From the NCBI GenBank assembly GCA_004212735.1, contig SHBD01000002.1, positions 156,323 to 220,322 on the forward strand: a DNA stretch of 64,000 nt, written 5' to 3'. The DNA comes from SAR116 cluster bacterium. GTDB taxonomy: Bacteria > Pseudomonadota > Alphaproteobacteria > Puniceispirillales > Puniceispirillaceae. The position numbers and the translations under genes are program-made. Positions 55,333 to 64,000 of the stretch are shown here, piece by piece. The notes beneath the pieces are model-generated. The model did no database searches. It was not told the DNA's origin and saw only the letters and a program-made list of their open reading frames with translations. The number at the start of each line of letters is the position of its first letter. Position 1 is the first letter of the stretch.

Positions 55333-56841
55333 TCAGTATTTGATCCAGGTTGTTTTCAAGGCTGTGTATTTGTCAAATGAATGCAAGGACAGGTCACGCC
55401 CAAAGCCTGACTGTTTGAATCCACCGAATGGCGTCATCGGGCTTAGGGCATCAACCGTATTGACCGACACAGTGCCGGCACGCAACCTGCCAGCGACACG
55501 GTGCGCCTTTGACAGGCCATCGGTCCAGACAGACGCCGCAAGGCCATACACACTGTCATTGGCAATCGACACGGCCTCGTCTTCGCTATCGAATGGCACG
55601 ACCGCCAGAACTGGTCCAAAAATTTCATCGGTGGCAATGGTGGCGTTGGCGTCAACATTATCAAAGATGGTCGGTTGCACGAAATTGCCCCGCCCGTCGA
55701 TCTTTACCTGTTCACCACCGACAACGAGGTTGGCCTCGGTTTTTCCAATATTGATATAGCGCATCACCGTTTTGGTCTGCTCACTACTGACCATTGCCCC
55801 CATTTTGGACTCAGGGTCGAGAGGATCACCGGGTTGCATCGCATCTGCTCTGGCGATCAGCTTCTCGACAAGTTCTGCCTGAATGCTGCGCTCTACCAAC
55901 AAACGAGAATTGGCGGAGCAAACCTCGCCCTGATTGAAGAAAATGCCAAAGGCCGCCATATCCGCCGCTGCATCAAGATCAGCACAATCAGCAAAGACCA
56001 GATTGGGGCTCTTGCCGCCGGTCTCAAGCCAGACCTGTTTCATGTTTGATTGGCCGGCATATTGCTGAAACAGTTTGCCAACCGCTGTCGAACCAGTGAA
56101 TGCAAGGCAATCGACATCAGGATGCAGGCCAAGCGCCTGTCCCGCAGTCTCGCCATATCCCGGCAATACATTCAAAACCCCATCGGGAACGCCTGCCTCG
56201 CTGGCAAGTTCAGCAAGGCGCAGTGCGGAAAGCGGTGATTGCTCGGCTGGCTTTAGCACCACCGAGTTACCCGCCGCCAGCGCCGCAGCACATTTCCACG
56301 TGGCCATATCAAGTGGAAAATTCCAAGGAACAACCGCACCAACGACACCAAGCGGCTCACGCGTGATCATGGCGAGATCACCCGGCCCGGTTGGTGCAAT
56401 CTCGTCATAAACCTTGTCAATGGCCTCGGCATACCATTGAAAGAACGTTGCAGAACCAGGAACATCAACCATCGCGGCGTCATTAACCAGCTTACCCATA
56501 TCCAGACTGTCAAGGAGCGCTAGTTCCACCAGATTCTGCCGAATCAATTCGGCAAGCCGCAACAACACGGCCTTGCGATTCATCGGCGCCATCGCCGACC
56601 AGACACCGGATTCGAATGCTGCCCTCGCAGCCTTGACTGCGCGGTCTACATCTGCCGCGTCACATTCAGCCACCGTCGCCAGCACAGCGTCAGTTGCCGG
56701 ATTGATACATTCAAAAACCTTACCAGACGTTGCGCTGACAAATTTGCCATCGATGTAGGCCTTGTCGCGAATCTGCAGCGCATTTGCCGCCGATTCCCAA
56801 TCCGCCTTCCGCTGTTCTGTTACATCGAATTGACTCATCAC
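55333..56841 (-). CDS. NAD(P)-dependent aldehyde dehydrogenase
   Basis: 502 aa. VPWNFPL, catalytic-Glu region WLETGGKSP and catalytic-Cys region FFNQGEVCSANSR. Confidence 0.85.
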   Translation of the reverse strand: MMSQFDVTEQRKADWESAANALQIRDKAYIDGKFVSATSGKVFECINPATDAVLATVAECDAADVDRAVKAARAAFESGVWSAMAPMNRKAVLLRLAELIRQNLVELALLDSLDMGKLVNDAAMVDVPGSATFFQWYAEAIDKVYDEIAPTGPGDLAMITREPLGVVGAVVPWNFPLDMATWKCAAALAAGNSVVLKPAEQSPLSALRLAELASEAGVPDGVLNVLPGYGETAGQALGLHPDVDCLAFTGSTAVGKLFQQYAGQSNMKQVWLETGGKSPNLVFADCADLDAAADMAAFGIFFNQGEVCSANSRLLVERSIQAELVEKLIARADAMQPGDPLDPESKMGAMVSSEQTKTVMRYINIGKTEANLVVGGEQVKIDGRGNFVQPTIFDNVDANATIATDEIFGPVLAVVPFDSEDEAVSIANDSVYGLAASVWTDGLSKAHRVAGRLRAGTVSVNTVDALSPMTPFGGFKQSGFGRDLSLHSFDKYTALKTTWIKY

Positions 56842-56947
56842 ATGGGCTCCTCTGGGCGCTTCGTTTGTTCATCTGTGTATGCGCCGTGCGAGAACCTTGC
56901 CAGCAACAGCCGTATGTGTGCAAGAGTATGTAAGTAAACAAGCATCG

Positions 56948-57502
56948 TCAGATATGGGTTGGAGACGCAATCCGGCAATAACCGCGATTGCTGTATGCAA
57001 GGGCCGAGTGCGAGTTATCCATGCGCACAGCCAGAACCTCAGCAATAAAAACGTGATGCGTTGAAATCATCGAGCTTTCAAGCAGCCGACAGTCAAAATT
57101 CACCAGTGCCCCATCAAGTGCCGGCGCAACTGTTTCCAGTTGCGACCAGTCTGCACTGTCAAATTTGTTAGCGAACTCACCTGCAAGGCGGCCAGCAAAA
57201 CAGTCTGAAATCAAGGTCTGATCTGACCGCAGAAGATTAGCGCAGAAAACCTTGTTTTTGATGATGGCGGGAGCAACCGGACTAAGGTGATGCACACAGA
57301 CCAGCAAGGTTGGATGAGGTCCGTCGGCGGACACTGATGACATTGCCGACACAGTTAACCCAGCTCTGCCTGCTGGCCCATCCGTCGTCACCACAACCAC
57401 CGAGGAAACAACTTTGCTCATCGCTTCAACGAACTGGTCTCGCATTTTCTGTTCACTTCGGTCTGCGGCCCCGTGAACGGAGGTTGGTCCAGACGCCGAC
57501 AT
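56948..57502 (-). CDS. hpaC: flavin reductase component of a two-component monooxygenase (HpaC-like)
   Basis: Flavin_Reduct-type domain (VVVVTTDGPAGRAGLTVSAMSSVS). The ATG at 57502 is preceded by GGGGAGG, 18 nt after the hpaB-like stop. Confidence 0.8.
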   Translation of the reverse strand: MSASGPTSVHGAADRSEQKMRDQFVEAMSKVVSSVVVVTTDGPAGRAGLTVSAMSSVSADGPHPTLLVCVHHLSPVAPAIIKNKVFCANLLRSDQTLISDCFAGRLAGEFANKFDSADWSQLETVAPALDGALVNFDCRLLESSMISTHHVFIAEVLAVRMDNSHSALAYSNRGYCRIASPTHI

Positions 57503-57519
57503 GATGGCCTCCCCGTTGT

Positions 57520-59058
57520 CTATTCGGCTGCCTTGGCATGTTGCGTATTGGCATACCATTTCTGGATCGCTGGATCACCTGCATCGCGCTGGCTCTGTGC
57601 CCGCACATTGTCTGAAAGACCTGCAGATTTCTGAACAAAATCCAAGGTCGCTTCCCAGTCAAAATTGCGATAGACGGCGCCCATCTGTGCGAAAGGTGCA
57701 CTCTGGGCAAACAGCTGGAAAGTAAGCCGGTGACCGGCGTAATCAGAATTCAACAGGTCCCGAGCGTATGCTAACAACTTGCGCCGGTCTTCAGCGCCCC
57801 ACTCATCATTGATGGTATAGTATTTATCCATCCACGGCTTTGTCTCAGGTGCGGTGAAGGTCGCGAGATTGGGGGTAACACAAATTTGGCCACCACAAAG
57901 TTCCCGCGCGATATGCATCATTTCATTCAGTTGGTTCAAAGCCGCGCACCGCCCTGTATAGAGCAATGACTGATTTGGCATCATCAGTCCAGCAGGCGAG
58001 GTTTCACCCAGCGTGATGGCCGCCGTGAGATGGGCATTAATGCCCTCTCGCCACACAGCAAGCGTTGCCAGTTTTTCCTGAACGGCGGGCTGTTTTTCCA
58101 GCCCGGTCTGGCGCGCGTTGAATAATGCAGCACCAATCATCATGTCGGCCAGCTTCAGGGTGCGCTGTACATAGGCAAACGCAGAGTAGCGATGCAGAGT
58201 TGATCGGATAAATGCAGCAGCCTTTGTGTGACGATAGAACAGTACGTTCTCCCAAGGCACAAGCACATTGTCGAAAATGACCATGGTATCGACTTCATCA
58301 AATTTATTGGCCAGAGGATAATCCTGCTGGTTGGCACGCGGGCAACCACCACTGGCCCCAGCAAAGCCTCCACGACAGATGAATTTCAGATTTGGTGAGT
58401 TCAGATCACAGATAAATCCAACCGCATAATCTGAGAGTGCCGCATTACCCCAATTGGCAATTGTCGGTTTGGTAAAGGCCTGATTGGCATAGGCGGCGGC
58501 GGTTTCGAATTTAGCACCACGAACGACAATGCCCTCATCCGTTTCCTTGACCACATGCAACAGCATATCGGGATCTTGATCCTGCGGAGCTTTCGATCGG
58601 TCGCCCTTCGGGTCGGTGTTGGCGGAGACATGGAAAGGGTCTTCATGAAGAACCTTTTTGATGTGGGTCTTGATATTCTTGGAGAATTGCGGATCGACTT
58701 CGTTCAAAACATCCTGTCCGTCAAACAAGGACCACATTTCACCAACAGTCTCATCACCGACACGCGTGACAACACCACCAACATCCTCCATGATCAAATC
58801 TGTCGCACGGCGCTTTGCCCACCAATCATCTTCGGTGTAAGGCAGCGAATTACCAACAGCATTGATTTCCCCGTTCCGCTCAACGGTCATCACCTGTTTT
58901 GTTTCAGCCTCGTGCTGCATATCATAGACGCGGGCGCGCACGTCAACGATGGGCTTGAACATCGGGTGGGTCGTGACATCCTTGACCCGCTCTCCATTCA
59001 TGTAGACTTCCCGATTTCCACGGATGCTGTCCTTGTATTGCTCACCTGTACGAATCAT
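57520..59058 (-). CDS. hpaB: 4-hydroxyphenylacetate 3-monooxygenase-family oxygenase component (HpaB-like)
   Basis: About 512 aa. MIRTGEQYKDSIRGNREVYMNGERVKDVTTHP is the typical HpaB-family N-terminus. GGGAG lies upstream of the ATG at 59058. Confidence 0.85.
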   Translation of the reverse strand: MIRTGEQYKDSIRGNREVYMNGERVKDVTTHPMFKPIVDVRARVYDMQHEAETKQVMTVERNGEINAVGNSLPYTEDDWWAKRRATDLIMEDVGGVVTRVGDETVGEMWSLFDGQDVLNEVDPQFSKNIKTHIKKVLHEDPFHVSANTDPKGDRSKAPQDQDPDMLLHVVKETDEGIVVRGAKFETAAAYANQAFTKPTIANWGNAALSDYAVGFICDLNSPNLKFICRGGFAGASGGCPRANQQDYPLANKFDEVDTMVIFDNVLVPWENVLFYRHTKAAAFIRSTLHRYSAFAYVQRTLKLADMMIGAALFNARQTGLEKQPAVQEKLATLAVWREGINAHLTAAITLGETSPAGLMMPNQSLLYTGRCAALNQLNEMMHIARELCGGQICVTPNLATFTAPETKPWMDKYYTINDEWGAEDRRKLLAYARDLLNSDYAGHRLTFQLFAQSAPFAQMGAVYRNFDWEATLDFVQKSAGLSDNVRAQSQRDAGDPAIQKWYANTQHAKAAE

Positions 59059-59370
59059 TTCCCGTCTCCCAACTAAAGCCAGTAACACCACCAACCATGG
59101 CCACCAAAATCAAAGTCCGATGTACATTAATTGCCGCTTAGTCTTTCCGATGGGACGATGAGAGTAAAAGCAGTTTATTCCTTAGCACTGGTTCGAATTA
59201 TTCTAATTGGCAGAGTATGTGCTAGCCCTCTTTACTAGGAGAAGGATTGCTAAATACAGACTCTGACAAACACCCCGGTAATGCTGCTCGCGACAAAGTC
59301 ATTGCGCTTTACCGGAATATTAGATTGAGTTGAAGGAAGCAAAAGTCAAAAAAAGATCCACGAGACATAG

Positions 59371-59718
59371 ATGAAGCAAAAAGTCGCGGTAGACATATCA
59401 CGGGTTACTAAAATTTATGGCGCAGGCAATGCCGCTGTGAGGGCCATTGACGATGTCACGTTGCAAATCTTCGACAACGAATTTTTGACATTGCTGGGAC
59501 CATCCGGTTGTGGAAAGACCACCTTGCTGAGGATGATCGCCGGTTTTGAGGATATCACTTCTGGTCGGATCAAGCTGTTTGACGAGGAAATCGAGAATTT
59601 GCCGCGATGCGTGCTGAGCGAGCAAGCTGGGGCCTATTCCGTGACCGCCGAACGGATCTTTATGACGGCCTTACCCGCCTATATGGATAATGTTTTCCCA
59701 GCCTTGGTGACACACTGA
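59371..59718 (+). pseudogene. remnant of a PotA/FbpC-type ABC ATPase gene (N-terminal ~78 codons only)
   Basis: [70 protein letters not shown] matches ABC importer ATPases through Walker A. The sequence then diverges and stops. Q-loop, signature and Walker B are absent. Confidence 0.6.
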
Positions 59719-59737
59719 GCAGAACAGGTAGGTACCG

Positions 59738-61054
59738 ATGTTTCTCTATGATGAATTATATTCGCGCAGCGATGCCAATAATCCGGTGCGTGTCGGCCTT
59801 ATTGGAGCTGGAAAATTCGGCTCTATGTTTCTGGCGCAAGTGCCGACAACAGCCGGGCTTGAGGTAAGTATGATCGCCGATCTTGATCCAGCGCGCGCCA
59901 AACGCAACTGCGCTGACGTCGGCTGGCCGGATGAGTTGATTTCCGGAACAGAGTTTGTTGACGATGCGATGCTGCTGATAACGTCTGGCAATGTTGATGT
60001 TGTGGTCGAAGCCACTGGAAATCCGGTAATTGGCGTGGTCCATGCACGGGCGGCAATCCGCAATGGCATTCATATCGTCATGGTCAATGTTGAGGCGGAT
60101 GTTCTGGCGGGTGCTCAGCTGGCTCATGAGGCCAATGCGGCAGGCGTTGTCTATTCCATGGCCTATGGTGATCAGCCGGCCCTGACGTGTGAACTGGTTG
60201 ACTGGGCGCGGAGCAGCGGCTTCACGGTGGTGGCGGCGGGCAAAGGCACTAAATTCCTGCCAGCATATCATGCGTCCACACCCGACACGGTTTGGGATCA
60301 CTATGGGATGACAGCTGAACAGGCAGCCGCTGCCGGGATGAACAGCCAAATGTTCAACTCTTTTCTTGACGGCACAAAATCAGCATTGGAAATGGCAGCA
60401 ATCGCCAACGCCACTGGCCTTGCGGCACCTGACGACGGATTACTTTTCCCCCCAGCGGGGATGGATGATCTGGCTCATGTGTTGCGGCCACGCGCTATCG
60501 GAGGGCAATTGGACACCAACGGTATGGTTGAGGTCGTCTCCTCTCTCGAACGCGATGGAAGGCCTGTCTTCAAGGATTTGCGTTGGGGTGTCTATGTTGT
60601 TTTGGAAGCCCCCAACGACTATACCGCAGCCTGCTTTCGGCAATATGGGATGAACACGGATGAGACCGGCCGCTTTTCGGCGATGTATAAACCCTTTCAT
60701 CTCATCGGCCTTGAATTGAATATCTCCATCCTTGCAGCCTCGCTTCTCGGCAAGCCAACAGGTAGCACAAAGGCTTTTAACGCCGATGTCGTGGCAACGG
60801 CCAAACGCCACCTTAAAGCTGGAGAAATTCTGGATGGTGAGGGCGGCCACACAGTCTGGGGCAAACTCTATCCAGTGCGCCGGTCACTGCAAATGGGGGG
60901 GTTGCCAATAGGACTTGCCCAAAATGTCAAACTGCGGACAGATATAACTGAAAATGCACCTGTGCGCTGGCAGGACGTAGAAATTGATCACAGCCTTGAG
61001 GCCGTCAAAATTCGCCGCACACTTGAACGGGACCCGGCCCGCCTTCACCCCTAA
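59738..61054 (+). CDS. NAD(P)-binding oxidoreductase with C-terminal SAF domain (predicted homoserine-dehydrogenase-like family)
   Basis: VRVGLIGAGKFGSMF Rossmann motif. The C-terminal KAGEILDGEGG segment is typical of SAF domains. Confidence 0.7.
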   Translation: MFLYDELYSRSDANNPVRVGLIGAGKFGSMFLAQVPTTAGLEVSMIADLDPARAKRNCADVGWPDELISGTEFVDDAMLLITSGNVDVVVEATGNPVIGVVHARAAIRNGIHIVMVNVEADVLAGAQLAHEANAAGVVYSMAYGDQPALTCELVDWARSSGFTVVAAGKGTKFLPAYHASTPDTVWDHYGMTAEQAAAAGMNSQMFNSFLDGTKSALEMAAIANATGLAAPDDGLLFPPAGMDDLAHVLRPRAIGGQLDTNGMVEVVSSLERDGRPVFKDLRWGVYVVLEAPNDYTAACFRQYGMNTDETGRFSAMYKPFHLIGLELNISILAASLLGKPTGSTKAFNADVVATAKRHLKAGEILDGEGGHTVWGKLYPVRRSLQMGGLPIGLAQNVKLRTDITENAPVRWQDVEIDHSLEAVKIRRTLERDPARLHP

Positions 61055-61159
61055 TATTTCTGCCTGCGACAAATTTATTCTTTGCGAGTGGTTCTCATTC
61101 TCAACATTGCCTGATATGGTCTACGCCTTATCAAATGGTTTGAGATGGAGCATGACATA

Positions 61160-62209
61160 ATGAAACGTTACCTCAACAGTATTTGGACGAACTGTGGCCG
61201 GTTCCTCGGAATGGTATTGCTGCTCTTACCCTTTGTTGGGTCAGCTCATGCCAATGCTGAGGAGTTAAACATCTACTCACATCGTCAGGCGTTTCTCATA
61301 GACCCCTTTCTGGAAGCGTTCACCGCCAAGACCGGCATAAAGACAAATGTTGTGTTCGCCGCCAAGGGCCTCGCCCAGCGTCTTCAGCGTGAGGGTAAGA
61401 ACAGCCCAGCTGATGTGGTGCTGACAGTCGACATCGCCCGCCTGAGCGTATACGCCGAAAAAGGCCTTTTTACCAAAATTGACTCCACTATTCTGAACAA
61501 TGCCATTCCATCGCATTTGCGTGACGAGGACGGTCACTGGTTCGGATTGTCGCTCCGAAGCCGCATTATCGGGGTATCGAAGGATCGCACTCAAGAAGGC
61601 GAGATCAGCAGTTATGAGGAACTCGCCGATCCAAAATGGAAAGGGCGTATCTGCTCTCGCCCCGGATCCCATGTCTATAACCGTGCCCTTGTGGCATCTA
61701 TGATTGCAACGCATGGTGAAGCAAAGGCCGAAGTCTGGGCCCGTGGCGTGGTGAAGAATTTTGCGCGCCGTCCACAAGGAAATGACCGCGCCCAAGCGAA
61801 GGCCATTTTTCAGGGCGAGTGTGATATCGCCATTATCAACCATTACTATTATGGGAAAATGCTGAAATCAGAAAAACAAGCACAGCGTGACTGGGCAAAT
61901 GCCATCAACATTGTCTTTGCCAACCAGGGTCAGGATGGCCGAGGCGCTCACATCAACATAAGCGGCGGCGGAGTGGCCGTGCATTCAAAGAATAAGGCAA
62001 ACGCGATTAAGCTGCTGGAATTTCTTGTGTCTGACGAAGCGCAGATGCTCTACGGCAAAATCAATTACGAATATCCGGTCAATCCAGCCACCCCGCTTGC
62101 ACCCGAGCTTAAAATATGGGGCGATTTCAAGAAAGACAGCCTGCCCATCAGCAGGTTGGCGGAACTGGCTCCAAAAGCGCAGATGATAATCGACCGGGTT
62201 GGCTGGTAG
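61160..62209 (+). CDS. Fe(3+) ABC transporter periplasmic binding protein (FbpA/AfuA-like)
   Basis: Signal peptide ending SAHA. LNIYSHRQAFLIDP... and ...HYYYGKM resemble ferric-binding proteins. No permease gene is adjacent. Confidence 0.75.
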   Translation: MKRYLNSIWTNCGRFLGMVLLLLPFVGSAHANAEELNIYSHRQAFLIDPFLEAFTAKTGIKTNVVFAAKGLAQRLQREGKNSPADVVLTVDIARLSVYAEKGLFTKIDSTILNNAIPSHLRDEDGHWFGLSLRSRIIGVSKDRTQEGEISSYEELADPKWKGRICSRPGSHVYNRALVASMIATHGEAKAEVWARGVVKNFARRPQGNDRAQAKAIFQGECDIAIINHYYYGKMLKSEKQAQRDWANAINIVFANQGQDGRGAHINISGGGVAVHSKNKANAIKLLEFLVSDEAQMLYGKINYEYPVNPATPLAPELKIWGDFKKDSLPISRLAELAPKAQMIIDRVGW

Positions 62210-62211
62210 CC

Positions 62212-63288
62212 TCAGCCAGCGATAATCTCAGCAATGGCGCTGCCGCACGTCACCGTGTTGGCGGTGCCGCCAAGGTCTGCCGTTCGCAGTCCCGGCTGAA
62301 CGAGGGCATTTTCAATGGCGTCGGTGATACATGTTGCCGCCTCTGCGAAACCAAGATGTTCCAGCATCATTGCGCCAGCCCAGATCTGGCCAACCGGATT
62401 GGCTATTCCCTTGCCAGCAATATCCGGTGCTGACCCGTGAACCGGCTCAAATAGCGATGGAAAATCTCCCTCAGGATTAATATTGCCTGACGGTGCCACA
62501 CCAATTGTGCCGGTGCATGCAGGGCCGAGATCCGATAGGATATCGCCAAACAAATTTGAACCAACTACCACATCAAACCAGTCGGGATGCTGGACAAAAT
62601 GGGCGGTCAGAATATCAATATGGAATTTGTCCCATGTGATATCGGGAAAAGAGTTTGCCATTTCCTCAACACGCTCATCCCAATAGGGCATGGTGATGGA
62701 AATCCCGTTTGACTTTGTCGCAGAGGTTAGATGTTTTCTTGGCCGGGATTGCGCCAGCTCAAAGGCAAACCGCAGGACACGGTCAATGCCGATACGGCTC
62801 ATCACCGTTTCCTGCACCACGATCTCACGCTCGGTTCCAGCGAACATTTTACCACCAATCGAGGAATATTCACCCTCGGTATTTTCCCTGACAATCATGA
62901 AATCAATATCACCGGGTTGACGGTTTGCAAGCGGTGACGGCACCCCGGGGAGCAAACGGACCGGCCTGAGATTGATATATTGATCAAATTCACGACGAAA
63001 TTTCAGTAATGACCCCCACAGGGAAACATGATCAGGTATCTTGTCCGGCAGGCCAACAGCGCCAAAGAAGATCGCGTCATGGCCACCGATTTGTGTCTGC
63101 CAATCCTCGGGCAGCATCTCGCCATGACGGGCGTAGTAATCATAGCTGGCAAAATCAAAGTGATCAAAATGCAGGTTGATATCGAATCTGGCAGCCGCCG
63201 CAGAGAGCGCTCGCACCCCCTCAGGCATGACCTCAGCGCCAATACCGTCACCAGCAATTACCGCAATATTGAAACGATTTTTACCCAT
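62212..63288 (-). CDS. tartrate dehydrogenase/decarboxylase (D-malate dehydrogenase; isopropylmalate dehydrogenase family)
   Basis: 358 aa. IAVIAGDGIGAEV, NLRP, MIVRENTEGEYS, NLFGDILSD. Confidence 0.8.
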   Translation of the reverse strand: MGKNRFNIAVIAGDGIGAEVMPEGVRALSAAAARFDINLHFDHFDFASYDYYARHGEMLPEDWQTQIGGHDAIFFGAVGLPDKIPDHVSLWGSLLKFRREFDQYINLRPVRLLPGVPSPLANRQPGDIDFMIVRENTEGEYSSIGGKMFAGTEREIVVQETVMSRIGIDRVLRFAFELAQSRPRKHLTSATKSNGISITMPYWDERVEEMANSFPDITWDKFHIDILTAHFVQHPDWFDVVVGSNLFGDILSDLGPACTGTIGVAPSGNINPEGDFPSLFEPVHGSAPDIAGKGIANPVGQIWAGAMMLEHLGFAEAATCITDAIENALVQPGLRTADLGGTANTVTCGSAIAEIIAG

Positions 63289-63434
63289 TGTAAAACCTCA
63301 CGACAAACAGTGAATGACCATGCCTTTGATCGCCGCATTCCAAAGCATAACAATCTTTTGCGCTTTTACCACATCATCTGCACAGCAAATCTCTTTTTCA
63401 CGTCCTTTACATTAACAGCTCAATGCTTGCCATC

Positions 63435-64000
63435 TCAATGCTTGCCGTCGAAAACACCGAGGCGAACACCATAGTCAACAGCGAGCTGGTAGTCCGGGTC
63501 ATCATCGCTGTCAACGATCAACTGGCCAGAGCGTGACAGCAAACGATGACAATCCGGGCTGAGACGCCGCAACATCACCCGCTTTCCAGCTTCGTGATAC
63601 TTCGCGGCAACATCCTCAATCGCCTGAAGAGCTGATTGATCAACAATGCGCGATCCTGCAAAATCTATGATGACTGTCTCGGGATCATTGGCCACATCAA
63701 ACAATTCCCGAAAGCCAGAGATTGATCCAAAAAACAATGGGCCGGAAATGTCATAAACAAGCGCCCCCTTCTCAGTCGCGGATTGGCGGGTGGTGGCCCG
63801 GATACGCTTGGCAGCATTCCACGCATAGACGAGGGCCGACATGATCACGCCAACAATCACCGCAACAGCAAGATCCTCAATCACCGTCACACCTGTCACC
63901 ACCACGATCACAAGAGCATCGGCCCGTGGAACTTTGAAAAGTGTCCTGATTGAATTCCACGCAAAGGTTCCAACAACAACCATGAACATCACCCCAACAA
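63435..64000 (-). CDS. SulP-family anion transporter, C-terminal part with STAS domain (gene runs off the window end)
   Basis: Last TM helices, then a STAS domain (VYDISGPLFFGS...VIIDFAGSRIVDQSALQAIEDV). The frame is open to the window edge. Confidence 0.75.
   Translation of the reverse strand, partial: VGVMFMVVVGTFAWNSIRTLFKVPRADALVIVVVTGVTVIEDLAVAVIVGVIMSALVYAWNAAKRIRATTRQSATEKGALVYDISGPLFFGSISGFRELFDVANDPETVIIDFAGSRIVDQSALQAIEDVAAKYHEAGKRVMLRRLSPDCHRLLSRSGQLIVDSDDDPDYQLAVDYGVRLGVFDGKH

Noticed and set aside
59180-59215. GGTTCGAAT (59190-59198), a tRNA T-loop-like motif that might mark a tRNA or an attachment-site remnant
   Set aside because: The flanking bases cannot form a T-stem or acceptor stem, and there is no anticodon arm or CCA context. 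I recognised no tRNA anywhere in the window.
1-64000. CRISPR arrays, IS elements, integrases, prophage or defence-island genes
   Set aside because: I found no regularly spaced direct repeats and no transposase, integrase, restriction, toxin-antitoxin or phage-structural motifs in any of the supplied translations. The only repeats seen are short tandem duplications and the coding repeats at 5609-6493.

Overview
Gene-dense chromosomal segment of moderate GC. The gene content looks alphaproteobacterial and marine-heterotroph in style: Fur/Irr-type regulator, psd-pssA, BioY, TRAP and Liv transporters, MttB/DMGDH methylamine genes. I support about 57 protein-coding genes, two of them apparently degraded. 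I recognised no rRNA, tRNA, CRISPR array, transposase, integrase or phage genes. All calls rest on reading the supplied ORF translations for motifs and on hand checks of the DNA; no database search was possible.

Main blocks:
- 1-10.1 kb: housekeeping genes (Fur-family regulator, DMT transporter, psd-pssA, CMD-family protein, BioY, NCS2 purine permease, thiamine pyrophosphokinase), plus an orphan HExxH protein and a secreted protein with three tandem repeats.
- 10.2-14.9 kb: a type I secretion locus (TolC - ABC - HlyD) that looks decayed. The HlyD gene carries an in-frame TAG, and the ABC signature motif reads LSVGM.
- 15.5-21.6 kb: trmL, an MBL hydrolase, metY, an alpha/beta hydrolase and a FadB-like enzyme.
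- 21.7-32.4 kb: a co-directional six-gene cluster. It holds an XRE-cupin regulator, two DMGDH/SARDH-type flavoenzymes, a non-pyrrolysine MttB-family methyltransferase with no corrinoid partner, an atypical sulfatase (CGSSR) and a DmdC-like acyl-CoA dehydrogenase. This is my best candidate for an incompletely described system.
- 34-36.6 kb: a lipoprotein subtilase with an autotransporter-like C-terminus.
- 39.3-44.9 kb: a Liv-type ABC system with an IclR regulator.
- 45-54 kb: GMC oxidoreductase-TerC, then TRAP transporter + HisD paralogue + SDR + Zn-ADH. This order matches the hpsKLMNOP sulfonate (DHPS) arrangement. An orphan Rap1a-like immunity-type protein follows.
- 54.4-59.1 kb: LysR, aldehyde dehydrogenase, HpaC/HpaB.
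- 59.4-64 kb: an ABC ATPase remnant, a SAF-domain oxidoreductase, an orphan Fe(3+)-binding protein, tartrate dehydrogenase and a SulP fragment.
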